Assembly (NCBI GenBank): GCA_003427395.1
Contig: BFEA01000029.1
Location: forward strand, 609,447-671,799
Direction of reading: 5' to 3'
Source: Chara braunii
Lineage: Eukaryota > Plantae > Charophyceae
Length of the DNA: 62,353 nt
Shown here: piece after piece, positions 1 through 11,436 of the stretch
Numbering within the stretch: the stretch's first letter is position 1
How the letters are laid out: every line of letters starts with the position of its first letter
The notes under the pieces: model-generated
Database searches by the model: none
Seen by the model: the letters and a program-made list of their open reading frames with translations, nothing else
What the model was told of the DNA's origin: nothing
Program-made: the position numbers and the translations under genes

Positions 1-151
1 CCAGTGCGTTTGTTTTAAGAAAGGTTCTGCGTCATCTTATCGGGACAACATCAGTTAGTAAGTGGGCTTCTTCATCAGCATGTTCGTCAGCGACAACTCT
101 ATCATCAGCTCGTAAGAGGGCATCTTCATCACCAGCTTCGGTTTTATCATC

Positions 152-480
152 GCCGTCATCATCATCATCATCATCATCATCATTATTATCATCATCATCA
201 TTATCATCATCATCATCATCATCATCATCATCGTCATCATCATCATCTCACCATCATCATTGTCATCATCAACATCATCATCATCAACATCATCATCATC
301 ATCAGCAAGCGGCAGCAGCACTACTGACATCATCATCATCATCATCATCATCACCATTATGAGCATCATCATCATTGGTGCGTCATCATCATCATCATCA
401 TCATCATTATCATCATCATTATGAGCACCATCATCATTGGTGCGTCATCATCATCATCATCATCATCATCAACATCAACA
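152..480. repeat. (ATC)n trinucleotide microsatellite, imperfect
   Basis: Long run of catcatcat; it produces the poly-M/D/H ORFs in the track. Confidence 0.95.
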
Positions 481-559
481 TTTTATTTCCTATTTTATTA
501 ATCGGGAAGGTATTTTTTAAATACCTAGATTTCTTATTAATGTACGTTTCGATATGGTA

Positions 560-2335
560 TTTTTGAATACCAAATTCTAATTCATTTTAGATTAATTTTT
601 CCTTGTTTACTTCTTCATATTTCATAGTTCTCTATGAATAAGATTTTCATAATCCTATTGCATTATTAACTGATTATCTTCAACTCAAAAAAAAAAAAAA
701 GAATTGTTTCAGTAGTAATTTCGTTGGTGATCTTGCTAAGTTATGTTTCAATCATATGGGCCAAAGTGTTTGTATTTTGCATAGTTTTGCTATATATGAT
801 TTCTATGTATTTTTATATGATCTCTATGTATCTTTTTGTCAATGAGTTTGGGAACAGCCATTACTGTTCGATACCTAGATATCTGTTCGTGGTACGGGTG
901 GAAAGGTGGGGAGAGCAGTACTCTGCAGGGGTGTCACAAGGAGGGAGGTGGCGCTCTGAAGAGGGTGTGTGCAGAAGTTGAGGGTTGCTCTATTCTGGGG
1001 TTGGGGTGGATAGCCTCAGTGGGGGCAAAATAGGGTAAGGGGTTTGCAGGGGCATTCTTCTGGTGGGAGCTGAATGTCTCTTGAATTATAGTGAGGAAGA
1101 GAGGGGCTGTTCCAATTTGGGGCGGAAAAGGAGGTCCTATATTAGAGGACTGTTTTCGGCGGAGGCAACAAAGGGACAGAGGGGTAATGAGTAGAGGAGG
1201 GAGGGGAGGAGACTTTCAAAGTTTAAATTAACGTATCTTTATTCACAAAAAAAAAAAAAGAATTTCACAGTCTTCATTGATGCTATATCAAGCTTTTTGG
1301 TGTTCGGTAATTCTTGGCGGCATCTGGCCTTCTTCCTCGTTCGGGACATAGGATTTCAGAGATGGTCGATTCTGGACTGATTTCCGCAGAGTTGCTCTGT
1401 TCTATGCCTCTGGTTTGCCGATGCCAACGACGCTGGCCAGAGCTGGGGTGTTGCCCTGTAATCTGCAAATTGCAGGAGTGTGAGGCCTTGTAGAGAGATC
1501 TGGGTTTTGCTGAGGGAGGAAAGCAATTCAGTGGNGAACTGGGGGGGGCTGCCTTGACAACCTATGGGTCCAGGGATAGTCTAGGTGGCGAGAACAGGTC
1601 AACTATGGTTGACATTGGTTAGGATGGCATTGTCTTTGAGATGTAATGTCCTGGTACAGGGAGGGTTAGGAGTTGTTATAGGATTAGGAGGCTAGAATTG
1701 CTGATGTAGCATAGTCTTCTATAATTTTACATACTAATCATCATCATCATCATTATTTTCATTAAAAAAAAAAAAAAAATTCATAATCATCATACTCATC
1801 ATCATCATCATCATCGTCATCACATCACCAGTATCATCAGCTGATTATTGTTATATTAAGCTTTTTGGTGTTATGAAATTTTGGCAGCATCTAGCATTCT
1901 TCCACATCCGGGATATAGGACTTCAGAGATGGTTGAACCTGGACTCATATCTACTGAGTTGCTCTGTTCTGTGCCCTTGGTTTACCGATGCCAGAACGAC
2001 GCTGGCCGGAGCTGGGGCGTTGCACTGTAACCTGTAAATGGCAGGAGTGTGAGGCCTTGTAGAGAGATCTGGGGCTTGCTGAGGGTGGAAGGCATTCCAG
2101 TGGTGAACTGGGGGGGGCTGCAAGGAGGCGAGAAGAGATCAGCTATGGTTGATGTTGGTTAGGTTGGTTTTGTCTCCGAGGTACAGTTGTACTAGGATTA
2201 GGAGGCCAAAATAACTGATATAGCATAATATTCGATATTTTTTCATATATTTGAATCATCATTTTCATTAGTATCATTATCATCATGGTCATCATCATAT
2301 CCATTTGAGGGATGCTGAGCCCGGTTCTCAGTAGT
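560..2335 (+). mobile_element. Non-coding repeat family X (LINE-tailed, non-autonomous), with internal duplication ~1283-1730 / ~1853-2240
   Basis: Homologous by eye to 2440-3640(-), 26285-26633(+), 28491-29130(-) and 48295-50700(-). Ends in a variant of the LINE 3' hairpin, gggatgctgagcccggttctcag, at 2309. Boundaries approximate. Confidence 0.6.
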
Positions 2336-2439
2336 TTCGGTTTGATCACTCCGGGCAAACTGTGAGGACCCCGACCTCAATCTTATTATTGGTAAAAAAA
2401 AATAAAAAAAATAAAAAAAATAAAAAAAATTATAATGCT

Positions 2440-3640
2440 GATGATACTAATGATGCCAGTGATGACAAAGAAATGTAGCTACACATGCTAAGTCAGCCAT
2501 ACTGGACTCCTAATCCTGAACAACTCCAAGCCCTCCTTACCAGGATATTGCAACTCTAGGACAAGACAAACCTATCCCCCCACTGCCATAGCTGATCTCT
2601 CCTCACTACCCAGACTAACCCCACCCCATAGGTTGTCAAGGTAGCCCCTCCTGGTTCACCATTGGCTTGCTTTCCTTCCTCAGCAAACCCCAACTCTCTC
2701 TACAAGGCCTCCCACCCCTGCTATTTACAAGTTACAGGGCTATGCCCCAGCTCCGGCCAGGTTGTTTTGGCATCGGCAATCCAGGAGCACAAAACAAAGC
2801 AACTTCAGTAGTTATCAGTCTAGGTTCGACGATCCCTGAATTCCTATATCCCAAATAGAGAAAAAGACCAGGTGCTGCCAAGATTGTAGAGCAGCAGGTG
2901 GCTGGTGTTGAAGTATTGAACTGTATTGAAATTATCAGATCTTTTTTTGACGCATCGAGTTCATTAGATCGTGAAAAGGATATGCTTCCATTGGTCACAA
3001 CTCAAACCAATCCATACCCACTGTACCCTGTCTCATGCTGCCTCCACCGAGGAAAATCCCTCGGCCCCAACATAAAACAGATCCCCTCCCTTCCCTCCAC
3101 CATATCCGTGAAGGCAACCAATCCCCTCCTAGAGGCTGCCTTTGCCCACCCCTTGTCCCTGTCTGCCCCCGTTGGGGATGAAGGCGACCAACTCTCCAAC
3201 CCCGGCCCCAGACTCAGACAATCCCCAATCTGCCCTACTCCCAATCGGGCTACTGCCTCCCACCATGCAACACCCCTGTAGAATAAGGCTCCCCTGTAAC
3301 AGACCCAGGGTTAATTTTTTGGGGACAGCTAACTAGTAGTCTATACCCACAACTGGCCAGCCCTATCTCTCCTTCCCCTAGCTTTCCCAAGGCCAGGCGG
3401 AGCCCAGGCTGACAGTCCTACCGTCCTTCCCCTGGCTTGTCCCCTAACTTAGGCCAGACGGATCTCAGACCTGCTGTCGGGAACTACCGTAGGTCTCAAA
3501 ACCCCCCTGCCTACCAAAATTCCAGCCGTAACCTCCGAAGTCCTATCCCTACTAAAGTGTTTGCAAAATTCAATGTTCAAAATCCCCAATTAGGAGAAGG
3601 AAACTCATGAAAAAACAAAATAAAGAAAATTCTCCTCAAG
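2440..3640 (-). mobile_element. Family X copy in inverted orientation
   Basis: 2590-2890 is reverse-complement similar to 1283-1620 (ccataggttgtcaaggtagccc vs gggctgccttgacaacctatgg). 3010-3290 mirrors ~910-1190. Confidence 0.6.
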
Positions 3641-3720
3641 AAGTAAGTAATCAAGAAGTAGGTAATCGGGATATAGGTAATCAAAGTATAGGTAATCTAG
3701 ATGTAGGTAATCAGGATATC
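3641..3720. repeat. 15-bp minisatellite (gtaggtaatcaagaa-like, ~5 units)
   Basis: The (a/g)gtaatc core recurs at 15-nt spacing. Confidence 0.75.
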
Positions 3721-4434
3721 GCTGCTCAGGATGTAAACATTAATGACTATTGGATAATTGGGTAGCGGAAAATGGTACCCTGAGACTGAAAGTTTTCAGA
3801 TGATTTTAGTATTGATGATGGTAGTGATGATGATGGAAGTGTTATGGATGAATATTTGAGTGAAGCAAACCTAAAGATAGTAGTGGCGATCAACTTCGCC
3901 TACAGATGAATTACGACTAATGAAAAAATGTGATGAGGGTGAGCATGCTAATGAAGCTGCCCAAAAGAAATATTAATTGCTGACCTAAAATGAGGATGAT
4001 AGTGTTGATGATCATGATACTGCAGATGGTAAAAGTCACTATGGTAATAACTAAACACCCATAGGGCTGCAATGATGATGAGGATGTCAACTAATTATCC
4101 ATTGTATTGATGGCGATTGTCTTACCGCGAGTGATGATGACTAGTAATCTTGATGGCGACTTGCTGATAGTGCANCGCCCGACACACTCGAATTTCATGG
4201 CGCGCACTAGATCTTCGATATCTCATAATCCGCTGGACCATTTGATCTGAAATTTGGACCACCTCAGCTCCTCGCCATAGACCACCAGTGGTCCAATTTT
4301 CAGCTAAGGGCGCGCACCCAATCGCGCGCAATCGTCGAGCGCGCACGCGCTATTTCCCTTGTTGCGTGCAGTTTTCTAACGCCCGCGGCTTCTCTTCGTG
4401 GCGGTAACCTTGATTGATGATTGTTAAAATGGTG

Positions 4435-4625
4435 ACGATGATGACTGGTGACTATGATTTCAATGATGATGATAATGATGATGATGATGATGATGATGCT
4501 GATTCTAATGATGACAATGATGATGATGATGAATAGTGCCGACGAGAGTCAACTTCCGATGGGAGAGATCACGATGAAAGTAAATGATGATGATGATGAT
4601 GATAATGATGACGATGATAACTGAT
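4435..4625. repeat. (GAT)n microsatellite, imperfect
   Basis: Direct observation. Confidence 0.9.
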
Positions 4626-5322
4626 GAGTACGATCAAGATGATGAAATTGCTAATAACGCGCCCTGTGGTGATGCACTAATGATGGTGATAATAGGGATG
4701 GGCAACGCCCTAGCACCCTGAAATAGTAAAATATGGATGAGGTGCTTGCACGCTAGCCAACTTACCTTTTTTTCCAATACTAGTAACGGAATATTACAGA
4801 CAAGTTGCTCGCGGCCCCAGTTACCGCCTTAATGATGGTGAAGAGCATCACCCTGATGATATTGGTGGCGACGGTGAGCAGCCCGAGGACGTTTCCCTAT
4901 GGTCTGCCCGCGGTCATTTTCATATGAAGATATGCAGCCGTGGGCGGGGGTGTCCATGGTCCAGCGTCCAGTGTCCGTGTGGAGACGGCCTGGTCCAGTG
5001 ATGTCCGGCGGAAAAGGGCATGAGGCAGGCCACAAAAAATAAAATAAAAAAAGGGAACCTCTATGTTTAAAATTCAAAATCTGAAGTACAGCTGTGGCGA
5101 CGACGACGATATTCGGCTTGCAGCGTGCAAACGGTGCAGGGCTGAATCGGCCTTAGCGGCGGTGTCCCTTCCGCCCACCTCCCGGTCAGTGTACGTGCGT
5201 GCACTAGGTGCGTCCATCACCGTCGAGCTTCTCCTCCACATCGTCCGTGCCGTCACACTCTGTTCCGCCAGGGGGACGACATCCACGGAAAGGCGGCAGC
5301 TTCTCGGACCTCTCCTCGGGGG

Positions 5323-5740
5323 GTGAGCGGGTTACGTCTCTGGGGTGCGAGGATTGAGACGACAGCAGAGAGACATTATCCCTGTGGAGGTCGTGGCGAT
5401 GGAGGTGGTGGAGAGGGCGAACCTGCGCTGTTGACTCCGCTTGAGCGGGCAGCCGTGGCAACGGCCGTGTCAACCGTTACTCTTCGTTGTCAGCAGGAGA
5501 GGGTGCTGGGACAAATGAAGGAGCAGTTGTGTGCGTGTAGAAGAAGGACGCTGGGGCAAGCTGCGGATGATAGCCCCGACGACGTGGCAACTTTGGAGGC
5601 TGTCATTGAGCTGTGCTCGACGTTGGGTTGCGGCGTCATTCCACGAGCGACACGGAGGTGGTGGATCAAACGCAGGATAGGGGGGACATGGGAAGACCTT
5701 CGACAGTGCGACAATGCCGTGGATGACTACTTCGACGAGA
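5323..5740 (+). pseudogene. N-terminal fragment of a PIF/Harbinger-type transposase
   Basis: RRWWIKRRIGGTWEDLRQCDNAVDDYFDEK resembles the 'WW.K.R...W.........F' N-terminus of HARBI1-like DDE nucleases. It is truncated before the DDE core and lies upstream of a Harbinger-like TIR at 6485. Confidence 0.55.
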
Positions 5741-5999
5741 AGCAGCACAGCGCCGAGGAGCAGCAGAGGGACCACCAGAAGCAGCACAATGATGAGGAGC
5801 AGCAGAGGGAGCCTGCGGTACAGGTCGGCCATGAACTGCATGGTGGAGAGGGCAGCAATGAGCACACGACGGCGGAGAAGGCAAGAGTCTTATCGGACGT
5901 GCAGCATGTGACGACATGCATGGGAATGCGACGCTTGTGAAGAAACCTCTTATGTGGATGGACTAAAGGCGCCACCGGAAGAAAAAAACAAATTCCCAC

Positions 6000-6485
6000 C
6001 GTTGATGCCGGCCGAAAACGACGATGCCGCCCGATGGAGGCCCACCGCCAACAGTAGCCGTTTGGGGGCGTTGGGGGACTACGCATACATTCCTTGAGCG
6101 CGCGAGACCGCATGATGCCGGTCGAAAACGACGACGCCACCCGATGGAGGCCCACCGCCAACAGTAGCCGTTGGGGGACGTTGGGGGACTACGCAGACGT
6201 TGGAGGGCGGGGATGTCCGTGCTAACGCCGCTGCACCACATCTGGACCACCCAAGAACCAAAACTCTTCGTCGACACATGTCAGACTCTTCACCACTCGG
6301 TGAATCACGGTTCCTTGAGCTCCAAGGGACCTCGATGAGGAAATTTTGGCTGGGGCCACAAGGATGCCACAAGGAATTTTCCTTGTGGCGTTTTCACATT
6401 TCTTTTTCAATTTCGTCCCCAAGGACAGGTGGAACGAGCGCGTCCTTGTGGATTTCACGTCCCCGAGGAGTGTCTAACGACGCCC
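6000..6485. mobile_element. PIF/Harbinger-like right end with ~110-bp subterminal tandem duplication
   Basis: Ends ccgaggagtgtctaacgacgccc, nearly the reverse complement of the ggcct(c/t)gttagacactcctc ends at 9659 and 19191. 6004-6085 is duplicated at 6114-6195. Confidence 0.6.
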
Positions 6486-7794
6486 AAAGAAGGAAATCAG
6501 GAAATTCAGTAAGGACTGGCTGGGGAGAGAGAAAGGGGGGTGGATCACATCAGTAAGGTGGGAGGGAGAACAAGATGGAGGAACAGGTCAGGAAGGACTA
6601 CAAGATAATCTTCCACGACTGGACAAGGTCGAAGGTACAGGTGGTTTAATAACAGTATTAATTAAGGGGGCAGTGGGACCATCTCCTCTATCCTTATTTT
6701 CCCCACATGGGCGGTCACGTGTGGATCAGCGATGGTTAGGCAACACATGAACATTCCCAGACAATCGGAGACAGGTGAGCGAGGGGGCAACTCAACAAAT
6801 CATACTAGCCAGAGATGCTACTTCCTACTAGTATCAGGGCACGCTCACACTGCGGTACCAAATCCGCATAATCTCCAGAGTCCCGAAAGAAAAAGTGTCG
6901 AGGGATAGCCACACCAGGATCTCGTTTCCCCAAACTACTTATTTGTGACCTCATTTTGTCCGTGGCCTGAGGGGCCGTGGGAGTTGGGAATTTGTGGTAA
7001 CCTCGGGAGGTTACCGCAAATTCCCTTTCTTGTTCAGAATCAACCTGCGGAAATGGAAACAAATTCGAAGGCGAACATATTGCCAGCAAATGCGATCTCG
7101 CAGTGTGACTGGAGCAGCCGAAGAGGACCCAAAATCCAGGCGACCGCAACCTTGTCGGTTGCGACATGGGGAAGCCTTGTGACCGGTCCAGCCACTATTT
7201 TTCCAAATTGGGCATCCCATTTTTTAAAGAAAATACGATTTTGGGTATGGAGTGTGAGCATGCCCTCAGGCGGTCTGCTAGCAGGCTGAAGAGGCAGTTA
7301 AATAATCCCATGCAGGATCTTGATTCTGAGTAGATACTCTTGGATTCTGGGAATAAAGCATGCGTACACTGGGACGCTGGGCCTGGTTTCCAGCAGGTGT
7401 CGTGGGGGGCTCATATCACCCACAATAATAGACCCCGCGGACATCTAAAGTGGTGGCGCGCCCTGGTAGTTCAGGCAAAATTGCATTTATCATGGACGCT
7501 GGACCCGGTTCTCACCCTGTGCAGCTTCCTGCCAATGGATTTGAGCCATCATGATGTATGAAGGGAAACAGGAAATTTAAAGAGGATGAAATCATCATGA
7601 TCATCTATTCCGACTATTCGGTGAAAAGTTTCATTTACCTGTATTCTTCAGTTCTCACAACTTCTCAGAAGTCCTGACCACTGATTCCAAAGATCAATGA
7701 CCAGAACTTCAGAGTCCAGGCAATTTAAAGATCATCCCAGGTGTTTTCTCCCCCATTTTTTCCTTTCTTTTCGAAAACAAAAACACCCGCGGGC

Positions 7795-8120
7795 CCCAAC
7801 TGCTGGGCAACGGGTTCAGCGTCCCATCGCAAACATCCTTGGAATTTGGAAAAAATCATCCCCTAGAGGGTTTCCCCTATTGAGACGGCTCGGACTCCAA
7901 TCGATTGGTTGGGAGTTGCACCAGCTGGAAAACGGGTGCAGCGTCCCATCGTAAACATCATTGGAGCCAACAAAATTGTATGTGTGCAGCATTGATTGGC
8001 CGCATTCAGATTGAATTTTCCTCTTAAACCAGCTGGAAAACGGGTCCAGCGTCCCATCGTAAACGTCATTGGAACCAAGAAATTGTATGTGTGGAGCATT
8101 GATTGGCCGCGTTCAGATTC
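7795..8120 (-). repeat. Three tandem ~110-120 bp units, each carrying the LINE 3' hairpin
   Basis: cagcgtcccatcg occurs near 7817, 7939 and 8048, with shared flanks. Confidence 0.75.
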
Positions 8121-8129
8121 CTCCTAAAT

Positions 8130-8770
8130 TGCAGCCTGCTCTAGGATCCGACCGACAACTAAAGAGTTAGATGTGTGTGGCGCTGCGAAACAGGTAAAGT
8201 GCAAATTTATGACTAAGGGCGATCCTTACAGTTATTCAACCACCTGTACCTCCAAAAGTCACGGCGGTTAACAAGCTGCGTGGCGGCTCACTCACCACCG
8301 GGGGGATAGAGACCTCGCGAAAAGGACTGTGCCTCAAAAAAAATAAACCTGGTCCAATGATTAATGAATGGGCCACTATCGGAGCGCCCAAAGTCATCTG
8401 ACTAGAAAGCCTTCTACTCTATTTTTTCCCGTGGCCAATGTACGGAGAAAAAGACTGGCGGTTTAAATATGTTAGGTGCACGTGATGAGGCCCTCAGTAG
8501 GGCTAAATAAATGCTAGGGACAGGCCACAATGAAATGACCATCCAGTTTCTCAGCACGTCCTTTCGTAGCCTGCTTTAGGATCCGACGTACAACAAAAGA
8601 GTCAGACCTGGGTGGCACTACAGAACAGGTTTAACTTAGTGCAAATTAATCACTAACTTAAAGGGCGATCCATAGGGTTTACTAAATATGTTAGATGCAA
8701 GAAATGAGGCCCTGAGTAGGGCTAAATAAATGCCAGGGACATCACACATGAAATGACAATGCAGTTTCTC
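8130..8770. repeat. Local direct duplications of unknown origin
   Basis: 8132-8226 is similar to 8568-8672; 8464-8555 is similar to 8683-8770. Confidence 0.65.
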
Positions 8771-8912
8771 CCTTTTTTCTTTTTTTTGATAAGACCGAAC
8801 TTCAGCTCCGTCGAGAAAGTGAGCAGCTTCCCATAGTAAGCCTACTGCTGGCTGCTCCGATCTATTCTCAGCACGTCCTTTTTCAAGTTTCCATGCCTGC
8901 CTTTGGCCTGTC

Positions 8913-8990
<78 letters not shown>

Positions 8991-8991
8991 N

Positions 8992-9025
<34 letters not shown>

Positions 9026-9658
9026 CACCCTGCCAGAATGAACTGTGAACTGTACTCGAAGAGTAACAGGGAGTTCTTGTTTATAAGAAAAAGGTAAAAA
9101 AGAAAGGAGGTGGAAGTTGTTAGAGGTAACAGGGCGGCCACATCACGGTGACCTTGCAGGCCATTTGCTTCGCGGCAAGTGGACTATTAATTTGCATCAA
9201 TTCCAATGGTTTTTTTTTTGGGTACCAATTCCAATGTTGTATAGATGAATTCTGGAACATGGGCGGAACATTCGTTTTCAACCATTTCCTCTCTTTCTTT
9301 CTTTTTCTTTTCTTCGGGTGATTCCTCTGTCGTTTGGTTTGTCATAAACATAATGATGAGAGTGGCAGTTATCTACTGTGAATGTATAAAGTGAATAAAC
9401 GACAAGAATGATAGATTGCATGTCACCTTGGTGGAAATCCGGAGCTGCGGCTGAGGTGTTGTTCAAGAAGGTTCAATACAGTACAAGGGCAGGCTCACAC
9501 CACCGTCTTCACCCGTAAAGAATGCCCCGTCATCATAGCTGTAGTTGCCAGTTGGTCCCCCTTCAGTCTTGATACAGGGATAATGACTGAGGATTGAATT
9601 CGGGTGAAGAGGGTAGTATGTTCCCAATCCTTTCCATGGTGCTGAAGGATCACACTCA

Positions 9659-10800
9659 GGGCCTTGTTAGACACTCCTCAGGCCGTCCTCGGGTTCCGAG
9701 GACAAATCCTCGGGGGAATTTGTGATTTTCGGATGCGTCATTCCACCTGTCCTCGGGGAGTCGCTCCGAGGACGGATCCTCGGGGCCCTCCCCCGGCTCG
9801 TTTCATACGATTATACGCACCGCGCGTGGTTTGTCCGTCTTCAGACTTCGAATGTCCGCTGAGGAGGCGTGCTACAGTGCTGGTCCAGAAGGCCGATACC
9901 GTGAAGAGATGAGGGGCGTCTGAAAAAAAAAGGAAACTGCGTGAACAGGCCGGTTCGAAATTCAAATTTCGAAATGCTGGCGGATGGAAGACGGAGAGGC
10001 AGCGGACGGGCGGGTCATCGAAGGGGCAGTGCGCTGAGCGCAGTCTTGGCGATTCCACTACGGATTGGCCATGTGCACGCGTACTTGAGTGACAACGCCG
10101 ACTGCCAGCTGCTCGTGGAGGCTTACGCACGGGAAGACGGACATGACATTAAGAGGGGATGAGACGTGACGACTCGTGGCAAGTTCCAACAGCAGCGCTG
10201 GTCGGCGGAGGCGTGTGACGTTGAAATTCATCGTGCATGGCAGGCCGTCAAAACGCTCAGTGGGGGTGACGTCTGTTGCGGTGCCAAAGGTGTGGATGGC
10301 GGGTTGGTGGTGGACCTGCGTGTTGGTGTTGGGGGAGTGAGATGGAGGGCTTTCCTCCCCATGGCAAAGCACAGTTGATGCCCACTGAGAAGACAGCTGT
10401 CAGTGCCTGTCACCCCTGCGGTGCTGGTCGTTGTCATCCGCAACCAGGTGGAGAGAGCCGCAGGGTGCATGACGGCGACGATTTCGAGGCAGAGGCAGAT
10501 GCTATTGGTGCAGAGGCCCGAGGGTGGTCGACGCTCCGGATTGTGTGAGGACTTCCGAGTCCGTCGTTCAAATATGTGCAGCAATCGGGTGCGAAATGCT
10601 CCCTCGGGCGATGCCACGGTGGTGGATGAAGCGAAGAACGGGTGGGACTTGGGGAGATTTGCGAGTGTGCGATGATGCCACGGACTAGTACCTCCGGGAG
10701 AAGCTTCGCATGCCACGCAGATATTTCACGGAGATTACGTAGGAGTGTGCACCTTATCTGCAACGACGAGCGACTATGTGACACCCGCGGCCGCGGCCAG
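9659..10800. mobile_element. PIF/Harbinger-like element remnant (left TIR; right end not found)
   Basis: tca|gggccttgttagacactcctc, with repeated tcctcgg/ccgagga subterminal motifs shared with 6290-6485 and 19191-19380. Confidence 0.5.
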
Positions 10801-11321
10801 GAGGCCCAGTTGGCGGCCTGGTTTTTTGGATTTTTTTTTAGGGTAAAAAAATATGTGAATTTTTTTTTTTTCCGGGTTGTACGGTTTGCAACTTTGCAAA
10901 ACCCTACAACCCCATTTTTGTTTTCTTTGAAGTCGACTTCATTTACTAATCTAAAAAAATGCAGAACAAAAATCGGTTAAATAGAAAAAAAATAAAAATA
11001 AATAAAAGAAAAGCAGTACTTTCCCCCCCCCATTTTTTCATGAATGATATGGATTTAGAGTCCTAAAAAGTTTGCACAGGAGGAACGTTCTTCTTCTTTG
11101 CTGTTTTTTTTTTTTAGTCCTTCTTCATATTCTTCCTTGCTGTTTTCTTTTTCCCTTCTTCTTCTTTTTCTTCTTCTTCTTCTTTTCCTCTTTCTTCTTC
11201 AGGCAATTCGGCNNNNNNNNNNNNNNNNNNNNNNNNNNNNNNNNNNNNNNNNNNNNNNNNNNNNNNNNNNNNNNNNNNNNNNNNNNNNNNNNNNNNNNNN
11301 NNNNNNNNNNNNNNNNNNNNN

Positions 11322-11385
<64 letters not shown>

Positions 11386-11436
11386 ATCGAGCAAGCATGA
11401 ACTTGCTCAAGATTGGAACCCCCTGGGCGTCACATA

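Noticed and set aside
55-566. Poly-M/D/H/I ORFs
   Set aside because: Translations of the (ATC)n microsatellite.
4621-4650. ctgatgag...gaaa
   Set aside because: Chance match in a (GAT)n tract with no stem II.
8480-8510. gtgatgag-gccct-cagt-agggc-taaa as a hammerhead
   Set aside because: CUGA and GAAA core are not intact, no stems I or III, and the duplicate at 8701 lacks the core.
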